64,000 nucleotides of DNA from Eledone cirrhosa (taxonomy: Eukaryota), in the NCBI GenBank assembly GCA_964016885.1, contig OZ024757.1, forward strand, positions 41,230,001-41,294,000, written 5' to 3'. Shown piece after piece: positions 1 to 16,018 of this stretch. The number at the start of each line of letters is the position of its first letter. Positions within the stretch are counted from its first letter, which is position 1. The position numbers were made by a program, and so were the translations under genes. The notes below the pieces were generated by a model that was not told where the DNA came from, did not search any database, and saw only the letters and a program-made list of their open reading frames with translations.

Positions 1-440
1 TTTTTTGCGGGGTGGGGCGAGTAAGGGAGTTTACCGATTATTCCTGAATATTAACGATGCACAAAATTTTCGTTCAGATTCAATTTCCATCTTAAAAACA
101 TCTGCCTTGTTTCTTATCTTGTTTCTTAAATAATTCACTTGTAGTTTTATCAAAATAAAGCTTCAGCCCCTTTTGTTTCTTTCTTGTTTCATGTTCAAAT
201 TTCTGCTGGATTCCCTTTCAAGTTCCTCTCACCATTTTTGACATTCTTTCTCATTCCTTTCTTGAGAAAATTTTACCATTTTCTCTTATAAACCAAGCTT
301 TGTATTTTCGTCTTTGCTTTGTCGTTTTCTTGGAGGGGTCTTTTGGTTTCTTGGATTTTTGGGGGTCTTTTTTTTAATAGAGCACTGTTCTTTCATCATA
401 TCCTTTTCAGTCTCTCTCTCTCTGTCTTTATCTCTCGGTG

Positions 441-500
<60 letters not shown>

Positions 501-1189
501 TCCTATCCCCTCTTTTTCATTTTCTTTCTGTCTTCAAAACTTTCACTGTCTCTCACTCTCTCCTTTGCTCTCTCTGTTTTTCTCACTTTCTATTTTGCTC
601 CCCCCCCCCCCCCCACACACACACACATACCCTTTCCCCCCTCCCTCTCTCTACCTCCCAACCACCCACACCTCTCACCCTCTCTCCCTCTACCTCCAAA
701 CCACCCACACCCCTTCCCCCTCTCTCTACCCTCCAACCACCCACACCTCTCCCCATCTCTCTCCCACCCACATATATTCTCTCTCCACCACCCCTACCCT
801 CCTCTCTACCATCCATCCCCATCCCTCTCCCACCCACACTTATCCCGCTATCCCCTCTCTCTCCCCTTAAATTCTAATCTGCCCACATTATATATTTTAC
901 TGCCATATAATCAACTAGAACCCATTAAGGACTTTAAAAACCCTGTCAAACACCAAGAAAAGTAAAAAAATGTTAACAGGATATTCTCATTTCTCTTTCA
1001 TACTCCTTTCATCCTGTGTCACCACCCAGTCGTGGCTCCTTTTCCAGCCCGTCCTCAAGCCCTCATCAATCCCTCGCAAACCCCTCCAGCCCTTCACCAA
1101 CTCCCATTTTATTTTATTTTATTTTTTCTTTACTCTTTGTGAAAAACTTGTCATCATTTGTTTGTCTACCGAGCTGCAGCATGTTCTAA

Positions 1190-1254
<65 letters not shown>

Positions 1255-1260
1255 CAGTCA

Positions 1261-1312
<52 letters not shown>

Positions 1313-1345
1313 CAGTCTCTGTTGCTCTATCAAACTCTCTCTCTC

Positions 1346-1382
<37 letters not shown>

Positions 1383-1404
1383 CAGTCTCTGTTGCTCTAT
1401 CAAA

Positions 1405-1450
<46 letters not shown>

Positions 1451-1491
1451 CAGTCTATGTTGCTCTATCAAACTCTCTCTCTCTCTCTCTC

Positions 1492-1602
<111 letters not shown>

Positions 1603-2344
1603 CAGTCTCTGTTGCTCTATCAAACTCTCTCTCACTCTCTCTTTCACTCTCTCTCTCTCAAACTCTCTCTCACCTCTTAAACTCTCTCTCTCACCTCTCA
1701 AAATAGATCTTTTAAAGTCCTTTTAAATATATTTCTAAATATATTTTTAAATATATTTTTAAATACATCTTTACTGATTTAAACTGCATTCCTTACCTTC
1801 TTACCGAGTAAAAAGAAATAACGACACATTCCTTAAATTTATAGCTTTCAATAAATGTGTTTTCCTGAATAATTCCTGTTTGATCATAGTTACTACCATT
1901 CACAGGTTTAATTTCAGTCAAGCTTCTTCACATTTTCATTTCTCTCTTCTTCATTTATTTTTATATATTTTAAAAAATATTTTTATTTATTTTTCAAAGT
2001 TCTCCCTTAATGAAGAATTTTGTTGACTTTAATCTTTCGTGGATCAAATAGTTTCTTTGTTTTGTTTGGTTTCTTTTTAAACTCTTTTGATTCCAAATTA
2101 CCTGACACCTCATTATTTTTGGTATTTGTTGCATTTGTTGCTTGTCTCTGTATTCTGTGTTCAAACCTTGTCAAGGGCAACGTTTGCCTCCCAAGTCCTC
2201 CTCCACCTTTGACATTCGACTATAACTTTCCCTTTCAATTCCACCTTCACCTTTTGAGCCCACTTCTCCCAATTAAATCCACTTTTGCCTTTCAAATCCA
2301 CCTTTGACTCCAATCAATATTAACATTAATTATATATATATAAT

Positions 2345-2522
2345 GGCGGTGCATTGGCAGCAGAGGGTCAGATACCATGCTTTAATGCAGAGAGTTACGG
2401 CCCTTGTCATTCTGAGTTCAAATTCTGCCGAGGTTAACTTTGCCTTTCATCCTTACGGGGTGATAAAATAAAGTACCAGTAATGCACTGGTGAATTGCTG
2501 GCCTTGTGCCAAAAGTAGATAC

Positions 2523-2527
<5 letters not shown>
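2345..2527 (+). mobile_element. tRNA-derived SINE family S1 (Meta/MESC-domain-like)
   Basis: B-box GAGTTCAAAT followed by ACTTTGCCTTTCATCCTTACGGGGTGATAAAATAAAGTACCAG; more than 15 related copies in the window (e.g. 7630-7765 -, 9600-9720 +, 16450-16530 +, 35810-35965 -, 45045-45180 +, 45640-45810 +, 56197-56267 -). Confidence 0.85.
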
Positions 2528-2572
<45 letters not shown>

Positions 2573-2768
2573 CGTTTCTGAATTTGTTTAGCAAGATTCT
2601 TTATCTGAAAACGTGTGTTGAAACCGATATTGTTATACTTTGGGAGGGTCATGTTGCCAATAAGAAACACACGCACCAGTTGCTTTCACTTCAATTTATT
2701 ATATATTTATAAATTTATAAATTTCTGGTTGGTTGGTTGGTTCCACAACCAGATAGTTGTTTATATAT

Positions 2769-2813
2769 AGTCATAGTTCTTTCGTCACACACTCTGTGAC
2801 CTCTTCAGTGACT
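2769..2813 (-). ncRNA. Minimal type I hammerhead ribozyme in PLE pLTR
   Basis: AGUCA-CUGAAGA-G-GUCACA(GAGUG)UGUGAC-GAAA-GAAC-UA/UGACU: perfect 5-bp stem I, 6-bp stem II, intact core. Confidence 0.9.
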
Positions 2814-3040
2814 GGGGATTCCTTTCTTTGTTTCTGTGCCTCTCCTTTGTTCTGTCCTACGCCATTTTGTTTCTCTGTGTGTGTTGTGTGCTCAGTCTGC
2901 GCATGCGCCACATCCGGGTGCCTGTGTGTGTTTATGTTCATTTATTTATTTGTTTATTTACATGTTACTGGTTGGTTGTTTGTTCTATGTGTGTGTGTGT
3001 TTTCATTTTGTCCTTAATTGTAAGTTGTGATGTTGCTGTT

Positions 3041-3707
3041 CTACTCATATTTTCTATTTAATTTTGGTTGTAATTCTTTTATGTTTATTGCCTCTGTAAT
3101 TTGTCTAAACATTGCGTCTTTTCTGTGTGTAGATTCTATTTTTATTTCTATGTTCTCTAATTTACCCTTGTGTTCTATCTTAGCATGTTGGTAGAGTACA
3201 GATGATTCTTTATTATCTTGAAGGTCTCGCCAGTGTTCATTTATCCGTTCCCCTACACTACGAGCTGTCTCACCTATGTACACTATATTTTTGTCTCTAC
3301 ATTGTCCTTCAGTACATCTTATGCTATATACTACATTTCTAGTTTTACAGTTAATATGGGGGCTTATTTTACAGGTTTTACATTTCTTATCTATACATGA
3401 TGGTCTTTGAAAAGGGTATGTCTTGCTAATAAGTGTTTTTACGGAGGTACCTGGTCTTTCTACTATCTTAATATTGAGTTTATGTTTATTTAGGGCCCTT
3501 CTAAATTTGTAAGCTAATTCACCTCTAGGGGTTGTATTGATGAACATTACACTCTGGTATTTATTGCTATCATACCATGAGTTTATTCTATTAGCCTTGT
3601 TCCTAGTTCTTTCTATTCTATTCCAAAATTTGCTCCTATACAAGGGGCAGGTCCCATTTATGTCATTATTTACCATTTTTTCCCATTTGGTTCTGGCTCC
3701 TCTATAC

Positions 3708-3713
<6 letters not shown>
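3041..3713 (-). pseudogene. PLE ORF C-terminus: linker with C-x4-C-x2-C motif plus GIY-YIG endonuclease
   Basis: PLYRSKFW...VMFINTTPRGEL...IKIVERPG...CIDKKCKTC...NVVYSIRC...YIGETARSVGERINEH...RQITEAINI...PKLNRKYE; the RT part is missing and the ORF-track N-terminus is (TA)n noise. Confidence 0.9.
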
Positions 3714-3766
<53 letters not shown>

Positions 3767-3805
3767 CTGTTGGCTTTTTGCTACAATGTTTTCTAAACCT
3801 TTCAT

Positions 3806-3842
<37 letters not shown>

Positions 3843-4266
3843 TTGACCAAGCGAGTACTGAAGCATACATACTGACCACCCAAACAAGCCAAGGTATCTC
3901 TATACCACCTATATTCTAAAGACTCTGCTTTATGCCATTATATCCCCCATAGAAATATGTTAAGGAAAGGGTTAAAAGTAGCTCATAAAAAATGTCGTAG
4001 GTCAAAGCAATCACCTTTGTCCAATTATTTTCAATATTTCTTGAAAATATTTGATATTTTCAAAGAATATTCTGTCAAATTATATGTAAGTATTTTATGT
4101 TTCTTAATATATTTTTTCAGTTTATTTTATTTCTTCCCAAAGTGACATTAATCAGAAAATATGACATCCAAACATACACTGAATGTCTAACTTCTGTCAT
4201 TTGTAATGGTTATTTCAATGTTGACTGTTGTATGTCCAGGCTTCTTCACAGTAAAGCTATCACTTC

Positions 4267-4311
<45 letters not shown>

Positions 4312-4390
4312 ATTGTATATATATTTATATTTATATGTGGTGGGCGGTGAAAACGTATATTTTAGAGGTACTATAGTAATTCTATATATA

Positions 4391-4720
4391 GGAGGCACAT
4401 GGCTTAGTGGTTAGAGCATTGGCCTTGCAATCGAAAGGTTGTAAGTTCAATTCTCAGACCGGGTAATGTGTTGTTTCCTTGAGCAAGGCATTTTATTTCA
4501 CATTGCTCCAGTTTACTCAGCTGTAGAAATGAGATGATAGGGACTGGGGTCCATATCATTCCACTGCAAAGTGGTCATGTAGGTGCCACGGCAAAAAAGC
4601 ACCCAGCACTCACTGTAAATGAGGTTGGTGTTAGGAAGGGCATCCAGCTGTAGAAATCAAGCCAGAATCAGTTCCCGTCCCACCCTTGCAAGCAGGGAAA
4701 AGCGGACGTAAAATGAATGA
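4391..4720 (+). mobile_element. tRNA-derived CORE-type SINE family S2 with RTE-like 3' tail
   Basis: A-box TGGCTTAGTGG, B-box-like AAGTTCAATTC, CORE-like CCTTGAGCAAGGCA, tail CCCACCCTTGCAAGCAGGGAAAAGCGGACGTAAAATGATGA. Confidence 0.85.
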
Positions 4721-4744
4721 ATATATATATATACACACACAATA

Positions 4745-5050
4745 TGTTGTGGTCTTGTTGTTGTTGCTGTTGTTTTTTTGTTTTTTGTTAGTGCTGTTGT
4801 TGTCATCATTGTTGTTATTGCTGTTGTTATTGTAGCTGTCGTTGCTGAAATTGTTGTTGCTGATGTTGATGCTGTTATTGTTATTGATTTTTGCTGTTAT
4901 CATTGCTGTTGTTGTTGTTGTAGCTGCTGAGGTTCTCATTGTTGCTGATGCTGTTGTCACTGTTGCTCTTATCATTGCTGTTGTTGCAGTTATCGTTGTT
5001 ATTGTTGTTGTTATCATTGTTATTGTTGTTGTTATTGCTGGTGTTGTCAA
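4745..5050. repeat. Degenerate (GTT)n trinucleotide repeat
   Basis: Direct inspection. Confidence 0.95.
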
Positions 5051-5404
5051 TTATTGACAGGAAAAACTCAACAAATATATTCTAAACATTACAGTAAAAG
5101 AATCATTAGACTCCATTCCATATTCCATATTCTAGTAATTTCCATTGATTATTCATGCAATGTCCTCTCCCTCTCCAGGAAACATTGACCTTTGCTGTAA
5201 ACCCACATAAATCTCCATTATTTTTAATACTGAATCTATTATTGTAAAATAATGTTAATATCATTATGTATAAGATTGAACAAAAATGGGAATGTTAAAC
5301 ACTTCACCCATACCCTAACACCCAACCCCCACCAGATATTTTCCCCAGCGCACAGGCTTTTATTTGAGTGTAAAGTGGTTATTGAGGTGTCAAAACAAAA
5401 GGTG

Positions 5405-5845
5405 CCTAATCCACAGCGTAAAGTGGTTGTGTAGGTGATGGGACAAAAGTGCTCAGTCCACACTGTAAAGTGGTTGTGTTGGTGCTGTGACAAAAGTGCT
5501 CAGTCCACACTGTAAAGTGGTTGTGTAGGTGATGTGACAAAAAGTGCTCAGTCCACACTGTAAAGTGGTTGTGTTGGTGCTGTGACAAAAGTGCTCAGTC
5601 CACACTGTAAAGTGGTTGTGTTGGTGCTGTGACAAAAGTGCTCAGTCCACACTGTAAAGTGGTTGTGTTGGTGCTGTGACAAAAGTGCTCAGTCCACACT
5701 GTAAAGTGGTTGTGTTGGTGCTGTGACAAAAGTGCTCAGTCCACACTGTAAAGTGGTTGTGTTGGTGTTGTGACAAAATTGGTCAGACCACACTGGAAAG
5801 TGATCTTGTTTGTGATTGGCAAAAGTGCCTAGACCATACTGGAAA
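5405..5845 (+). repeat. 47-bp minisatellite (about 8-9 units) derived from the RTE/SINE 3'UTR
   Basis: Unit TGACAAAAGTGCTCAGTCCACACTGTAAAGTGGTTGTGTTGGTGCTG; same motif as AAAAGCACCCAGCCCACACTGTAAAGTGG at about 10594; short RTE-type tail follows at 5905-5975. Confidence 0.92.
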
Positions 5846-6339
5846 AAAATTGGTTCTGTATGAGGAAGACATGGTCACCTGACCTGCCATTGCTCACAAC
5901 ACGATAACTTACCTAACCCATGCCAGCGTGGAAAAATGAACATTAAAGAGAGGAGATGATGATGATGAAGATGATCTATATATATATATATATATATATA
6001 TACATACATACAGACACACACACATATGTATATCTATCTCACTCGCTCGCTCTCTATCTCTCTCTCTATATATATATATATACATACATACACACACACA
6101 AACATACACAGACACGCATATATACATATATATGCATACACAGACACATAGACAGGCAGACTGACATATTGTTTATTAGAATAGAAAAATTAATAAGATT
6201 GAAGATATTTATGGCAGAGGGACAACTGGTTATAATTCTGATTCCTGTTAATGAGGCATTGAATATTAAGATACCATTTAGTGGTACTACCATCTTAGCC
6301 TATAGCTATCTCCTATATGTGAGTATATATATATTATTT

Positions 6340-7325
<986 letters not shown>

Positions 7326-7527
7326 AAAATTTGAACCTAATATAACTGTACAATTGCCTCCTTAGTTTTGTTTGTTCATTTTGAACTATATATATATATA
7401 TATGTGTATATGTATGTGTGTGTATATGTATATGTATATATATATATACATATATAGTCCAAGGAAACAACAGACAGATGTACAAAACGTCTTTTTATGT
7501 ACATACATACACATGCATATGTGTATG

Positions 7528-7573
<46 letters not shown>

Positions 7574-8524
7574 TACACACATACATATATATATGTGTGT
7601 GTGTAACAACAACAATAATAAAAATAAAGGTTTCTGATTTAGGCACAAGGCGAGCAATTTGAAGACACGGGGAAAGTTGAATAAATTGATTCCAGTGTAT
7701 TACTGATACTTCATTTAAACGACCCCATAATGATGGAAGCTAACCTCGGCGGGAATTGATCTCGGATTATAGATGGCCATCACTCTATGCTGAAGCTTAA
7801 CACCACCTTAATAATGATAATAATAATAATAATATTGCATTGTGTTAGATACGGCACAGTTTTCGAATGAGTTCGTTATTGAAAATACAACTTCTTTTCC
7901 ATTCCCATCTCACTCTCTCTCTCACCTCTCAAACCACACCAACCATCCATCAAGCCTCTCTCTCTCTATCTCTCTCTCACCCCACCACCAACAACCAACC
8001 AGCCCCCAACCTACCATCCACCAACACCCATCATCCACCACAACCCAATCTGCTTTGAAACAAATCTAAATCACTTTTGCAGCTTCTTCTACTTCTTCTA
8101 TTACTTTGAAAGTAAAACTCTGAAATAATATGTGTCCATGAGAAATACCTTAAGACATACTTCCATATTTTCCCTCGAGCAACTTTGGCATTTTCTAATA
8201 TTTGATTGTTGCGATGAAATCATTCATACTCTTGCAATCTGTCATGGCGTTGCAAGAACATAGTTATACATCAATTAGGAGATTCTGACTTTGGTTAAAC
8301 TGCTGCACTATAACATGGTGCAATTTGGACAAGCGAAAAGAGATATTTCAATATGAAATATAAAATACTGCACATCATCCAGAGACTTTGACTACACTAT
8401 GTGATTTTTAGCTGTCTTTGGGGGGTAATTTTTACTGAGTTTGATCAATGGAACTTATCTCTGTGTGTGGCTATTGAACTATATATATATGTGTGTGTGT
8501 GTGTGTGGTGTGTAAGAGATGTAA

Positions 8525-8736
8525 ACATGAATGGACATGTTATTTTTATCTAAAGACATTTTTTCCAATTCCCACCCGCCCATCCTCTCAATCTGTCTTA
8601 TTTCTCATTCTTTCTTCTGATGAAGGACTAGCGTCCGAAACGTTAAGACTCTCTTCCTGCTATAACAAGCGTTAACCTAATATATTCCTTCCATTTACTG
8701 TACCAATTGTGTTGTTATTTCTGTTTACCTTTTACA
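8525..8736 (+). mobile_element. Short HHR-bearing element, family A (putative non-autonomous PLE/solo pLTR)
   Basis: Aligns by eye with 58885-59093 and 47850-47997; ends in (TA)n. Confidence 0.8.
8613..8648 (+). ncRNA. Minimal hammerhead ribozyme with loopless palindromic stem III (family A)
   Basis: UCUU-CUGAUGA-A-GGAC(UAGC)GUCC-GAAA-CG-UU/AAGA; AACGUU palindrome. Confidence 0.88.
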
Positions 8737-8766
8737 TATATATATATATATATACATATATATATA

Positions 8767-8985
8767 GTAATAATAATAAATGTGAAGACTAAAATCTGAA
8801 GAGGGCTGGATGAGGATAATATGTATATAAATATATACAAAAAACCGTAGAGTAAATATTTATTAAAATAACAAATTAAAGTTTAAGCAAAGAATAGCTG
8901 CTTTCACCCTTAATGAAGATCCAGTTAAGGGTGAAAGCAGTGATTCTTTGTTTAAACTTTAATCTGTTATTTTAATAAATAAATA
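8767..8985 (-). mobile_element. One-sided palindromic HHR-remnant element, family E
   Basis: Inverted arms 8857-8913 and 8925-8981; apex contains TGAAGA-TCC..GGGT-GAAA; the unpaired tail 8767-8856 recurs inverted at 50700-50800. Confidence 0.7.
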
Positions 8986-8998
8986 TATATATATATAT

Positions 8999-9146
8999 AT
9001 GAAAAGAGTCAGGAACCCGACGGCTGAGTCCCGGCCATTTCGACAGCGGGGTCCTGACTCTTTTCATATTACCCACTCTAATACCCTAAGTATTGAGCAC
9101 TCTGGTGTGTTATGGTTCACCTGGTATCTTACCATACCCTCTTTGT
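8999..9146 (+). mobile_element. One-sided palindromic element, family B (copy 1)
   Basis: Arms 8999-9019 and 9047-9067, then shared tail ATTACCCACTCTAATACCCTAAGTATTGAG...CTTACCA; extra partial arm at 9201-9240. Confidence 0.75.
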
Positions 9147-9161
9147 TATATATATATACAG

Positions 9162-9192
<31 letters not shown>

Positions 9193-9824
9193 CATATATA
9201 TAGGAAAAGAGTCAGGACCCCTGAGGTCCGGCATTTCGACACCTAAGATCCAAACTTAGTTCAGTTCAATCGATTTTCCCCCTCCCCTAAAATTGCTGCC
9301 CTTGTGTCTAAATCAGAAGCCATTATTATTAGGTGGTAATAAGTCCTTACAACAACACTACGGCTGCATTGCATTAAATATTAAAGTCTTTACTCTAATA
9401 CTGTAAATCTTCAAATTTGAATTAAAATCTTCATTAACAAGGCATTCTTGGAAAGTACAAGACAACACTATGACTACATCACATTAAATAGTAAAGTCTT
9501 TACTGTAATACTGTAACTTTACACCACAATCTGTCCACCAGTAAAGATACTATAAACATTTGAAATAACAAGCTTGTCTTTAGACTTTTTCTGCTACATT
9601 ATTACAGTTCAAATCTTGCCGAGGTTAACTTTGCGTTTCATCCTTTCGGGGTTATTAAAATAAAATACCAGTAATGCACTGGGTTATTGCTGGCCTTGTG
9701 CCAAAAGTAGAAACAATTATTACAGGATTTTAAGAGTTAACTGGTTGTGGAGCAATAGATACCAACACCACAACTATGACCCCAACACTATCATTCAACT
9801 ATCACTAACACACATCTTCCTAGC

Positions 9825-9904
<80 letters not shown>

Positions 9905-10025
9905 CACACACACACGCACACACACATCTATATCTATATACACAGACTAATACATAGCGATACCACCACAATCTTGATGTATATATATATATATACAAAC
10001 ATATGTATATATATTTGTATATATA

Positions 10026-10060
<35 letters not shown>

Positions 10061-10326
10061 TTGTATATATATATATGTGTGTATATCTATATATATATAT
10101 ATTTGTATATATATATGTGTGTGTATATATATATACATTTGTATATATATATATATGTGTGTGTGTATATCTATATATATATATTTGTATATATATGTGT
10201 GTGTGTATATATATATATTTGTATATATATATATATGGGTGCGTGTATATGTATATATATATATATATTTGTATATATATTATATGTGTGTGTGTATATA
10301 TATATATATATATGTATGTATATATA

Positions 10327-10369
<43 letters not shown>

Positions 10370-10379
10370 GTATATATAG

Positions 10380-10428
<49 letters not shown>

Positions 10429-10484
10429 TATATATACAAATATATATACATATGTTTGTATATATATATATATACATCAAGATT

Positions 10485-10835
10485 ACACCTCTCAAAGACA
10501 ATGACAGACGACCGTGACTTCTGGCGTCACGCAGTAATACAGAGTACCCGACATCCCATGGGTACAAGTTGGTCGTGGAGGTGCCACGGCAAAAAAAGCA
10601 CCCAGCCCACACTGTAAAGTGGACGTGTAGGCGCCACGAAAAAGCACCCAGCACTCACTGTAAATGAGGTTGGTGTTAGGAAGGGCATCCAGCTGTAGAA
10701 ATCAAGCCAAATGAGTTCCTGTATGAGCAAGGCATGGTCAGCCGACCAGACACTGCCAACAACAGGACAACCCGTCTAACCCAAGCTAGTGTGGAAGAAC
10801 AGACGTAAAACGGTGATGATGATGGTGATGATGAT
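10485..10835 (+). mobile_element. 5'-truncated RTE-clade LINE 3' end with GATT target-site duplication
   Basis: Encodes [17 protein letters not shown] (RTE DRxxWR terminus), 3'UTR and (GAT)n tail; GATT at 10481-84 and 10836-39. Confidence 0.88.
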
Positions 10836-10898
10836 GATTGTGGTGGTATCGCTATGTATTAGTCTGTGTATATAGATATAGATGTGTGTGTGTGTGTG

Positions 10899-13120
<2,222 letters not shown>

Positions 13121-13179
13121 TTTCCCTGTGTGTAATGTAAGTTCTTAACTACCCAATTACTGAAGTTCATGTTGTCATG

Positions 13180-13262
<83 letters not shown>

Positions 13263-13303
13263 ATATATATATATACAGCATGACACACATATATGTCTGA
13301 CAG

Positions 13304-13416
13304 ATACAAAAGTCAAGCTGATCTCATAAATAGCTTCCTTAACCACCAACATTGCTATTTCTATGACAACGTTAGTCTTGGCAAAATCACTGATAAATGG
13401 CCAAGAATTTGCCGTG
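13304..13416 (+). other. Candidate host exon (unidentified protein)
   Basis: CAG| ... G|GTAAGT with open frame YKSQADLINSFLNHQHCYFYDNVSLGKITDKWPRICR; weak polypyrimidine tract. Confidence 0.3.
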
Positions 13417-13646
13417 GTAAGTAGTTGCAAAGGTTACATCATATACAATCCTTCATCATCAATATCTTCAACCCCTGACACACTAACTAGAGACCGGTCA
13501 TCTTTGGCTGCTTGACCAAATTACTTTTACATTTCACATATTCTTTTTGGATTCTTATTTCTATTTTTATTTATTACCCTTCTTTTTTTTCTTTTTTTAC
13601 TGGTTCCAGTCATTGGACTGCGTGCCATGCTGGAGCACTATCTTAA

Positions 13647-14226
13647 CCCTTTAACATTTTCACTACTCTATATATATATACTATCAGGCGGTGAATTGTC
13701 AGAATCATTAGAACGTCAGATAGAATTCTTTATAGTATTCCTTCCAGCTTTCTGCGCTGTGAGTTAAAATCCCGTTGAGGTCAACTTTGTCTTTCACCCT
13801 TTCAAGGCCGATAAAAGAAGCACCAGTCTAGTACAGAGGTCGATTCTTCCTCTATATCTCTTTCTCACTTTCTTCTCTCTTATGTTCTGACTCTAGAAGA
13901 AGTCTGTTGTACTCAGGCCTAGAACGGGAAGTGCTCCGTTGTTTTAAAAAGCCCAAGATGCGCCGTATATCAATACGGTGCCTCTACAACTCTATCAGAA
14001 GTTACAGAACCATACATACTTATATATATATACATACTATCGTATTCTTGTAGTAAAGGCTTTGGCTTTGTCTTACATAATTATCTCACATAATATTGAA
14101 TCAATGAGATTTTGATTTTATTTATTTTGAGAACAATACCTTAACATCAGTATGAGCAGCTGGTTATGGCTGGAGAAAGCTGTGAGAGAATTCTGGCCGA
14201 ATATAGCCAGTTTAAATGCTAAAGGG
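13647..14226. mobile_element. Possible piggyBac-like non-autonomous element with nested SINE
   Basis: TTAA-CCCTTTAACATTT ... AAATGCTAAAGGG-TTAA; related ends at about 18046 and 56450-56468; S1 SINE nested at 13687-13845. Confidence 0.55.
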
Positions 14227-14529
14227 TTAAATAGAGATATCAAAGACACAGCAACCTCTCTATGGTTGATGAACTACACAATAAACACACCCAGTACATA
14301 CTGTAAAGTGGTTGGTGATAGGAAGGGCATCCAGTCATAGAAAGCTTGCCAATGAAAGGGTTGGGAGCACCCTAAGTTTTGTCAAAGTCATGACAGACTT
14401 TCCAGAGTAATCAGTGGAAAGTGAGATTGTACATAAGCGAGACATAGATCCCTCGCCTGTCTGGAAGACCAGTGGCTTCATTTCAGTACTGACTCAGTCT
14501 GTATAGACCCATCCAACCCTTGCTAAGAG

Positions 14530-14755
14530 GTAAAAGCTGACGCTAAAAAAGTGCCAAGAAATACCAGTAGAAGGAAGACGCAGTAGAGAAAGACCACAAA
14601 AAACATGGGCGGAGGTGGTGAGAGCTGACAACAGATCACTGAAGCTCACGGAGATAATGCCAAAGGACCGTGACAAGTGGGAGAGATGCTGTGCTGAATA
14701 GGACCTGTCCCACCCTTGCAAGCAGGGATAAGTGGGCATAAAATGATGATGATGA
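14530..14755 (+). mobile_element. RTE LINE 3' fragment
   Basis: KKCQEIPVEGRRSRERPQKTWAEVVR...KDRDKWERC plus (GAT)n tail; same family as 55665-56125. Confidence 0.88.
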
Positions 14756-15077
14756 AGATATATGGATAAATAGATATAAATTCTGATTATTAAACATTTC
14801 AAATTTTACTACAAAATAAAAATGAAGCTCCATACTACTACTACTACTACTACTACTAGTAATAATAATAATTAAAACAAAATTTGGATCAATAAAATTT
14901 CACAAAAGACTTCGGTAGGAAGTTTGCACTGAAGAAAATTTGCTAAGCATTTTCTCCGTTGAATTGTTTACGGGAAATTGTAAAGAAAATTCTGTTTATC
15001 TTGATGGTTTATGAGGAGACCACAAATAAAATGAATGAAGAAGATGAGGTTTGGAACATATACTAAGATAATGAGAA

Positions 15078-15127
<50 letters not shown>

Positions 15128-15180
15128 AAACGTGTATATGTGTGTATATACACATATACACACAAAAATACACATGTATA

Positions 15181-15222
<42 letters not shown>

Positions 15223-15827
15223 CACCGACGTACATATACACATATGCATATATATACATATATATACACACACAAACATACACATATGTATATAAACATA
15301 TATATTCATATACATGTATATAAATATATATATCATATGTGTATATATATATATACATACACACAGACACATATAATCACACACAAAAACTTACACACAA
15401 ACACATACACACACATGCACACAATTACACACACACACACACATAAACACATACAAGAGACACAAAAGATATCTGAAGTTTACTGAGTAGGCAAAAGCAA
15501 AACAAACCAAAACAACTTTGCTTTTGCTATGATAACAAAAAACACAACACAAACAAATGGAAAAAACATCCAAGAAGAACTTCATCAATAATGTTAAAAT
15601 ATAGAAAGAATATTTAGTTCAAAATTACGAGAAAAGTTTCATTTATTTAGAGTTGGCTTGGATATATATGTGTATATATATGTTGTATGTTATAAATTTT
15701 ATTATTAATTTAATAATATAATATATATATATGTATATGTTTCTATATATATATTGTGTGTGTATATGTGTTTATATATATATATATATATACATACACA
15801 CACACATATATATACATATATATATAT

Positions 15828-15867
<40 letters not shown>

Positions 15868-15975
15868 GATATATATATATGATATATATATATATATATA
15901 TGATATATACATATATATATATGATATATACATATGTATCTATGCGTTAATTATTTATATCATTTTCTTTAAGAA

Positions 15976-16018
<43 letters not shown>

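Larger units (their letters stand above)
2571..3713 (-). mobile_element. 5'-truncated Penelope-like retroelement (Nematis-like architecture) with 3' pLTR, inserted in (TA)n
   Basis: GIY-YIG ORF remnant followed by a non-coding 3' region containing an HHR (2769-2813); (TA)n on both sides. Confidence 0.88.

Noticed and set aside
314-965. Pro/Ser/Leu-rich ORFs
   Set aside because: (CT)n and C-rich low-complexity tandem sequence
4391-4465. tRNA gene
   Set aside because: A/B boxes belong to SINE heads that continue into CORE/Meta-like bodies; no intact cloverleaf seen
5405-5845. Regular 47-bp repeats as a CRISPR array
   Set aside because: Head-to-tail units with no unique spacers; match a retroposon 3'UTR; eukaryotic context
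8090-8460. Unique segment as a coding exon
   Set aside because: The minus-strand frames examined contain stops and no recognisable domain
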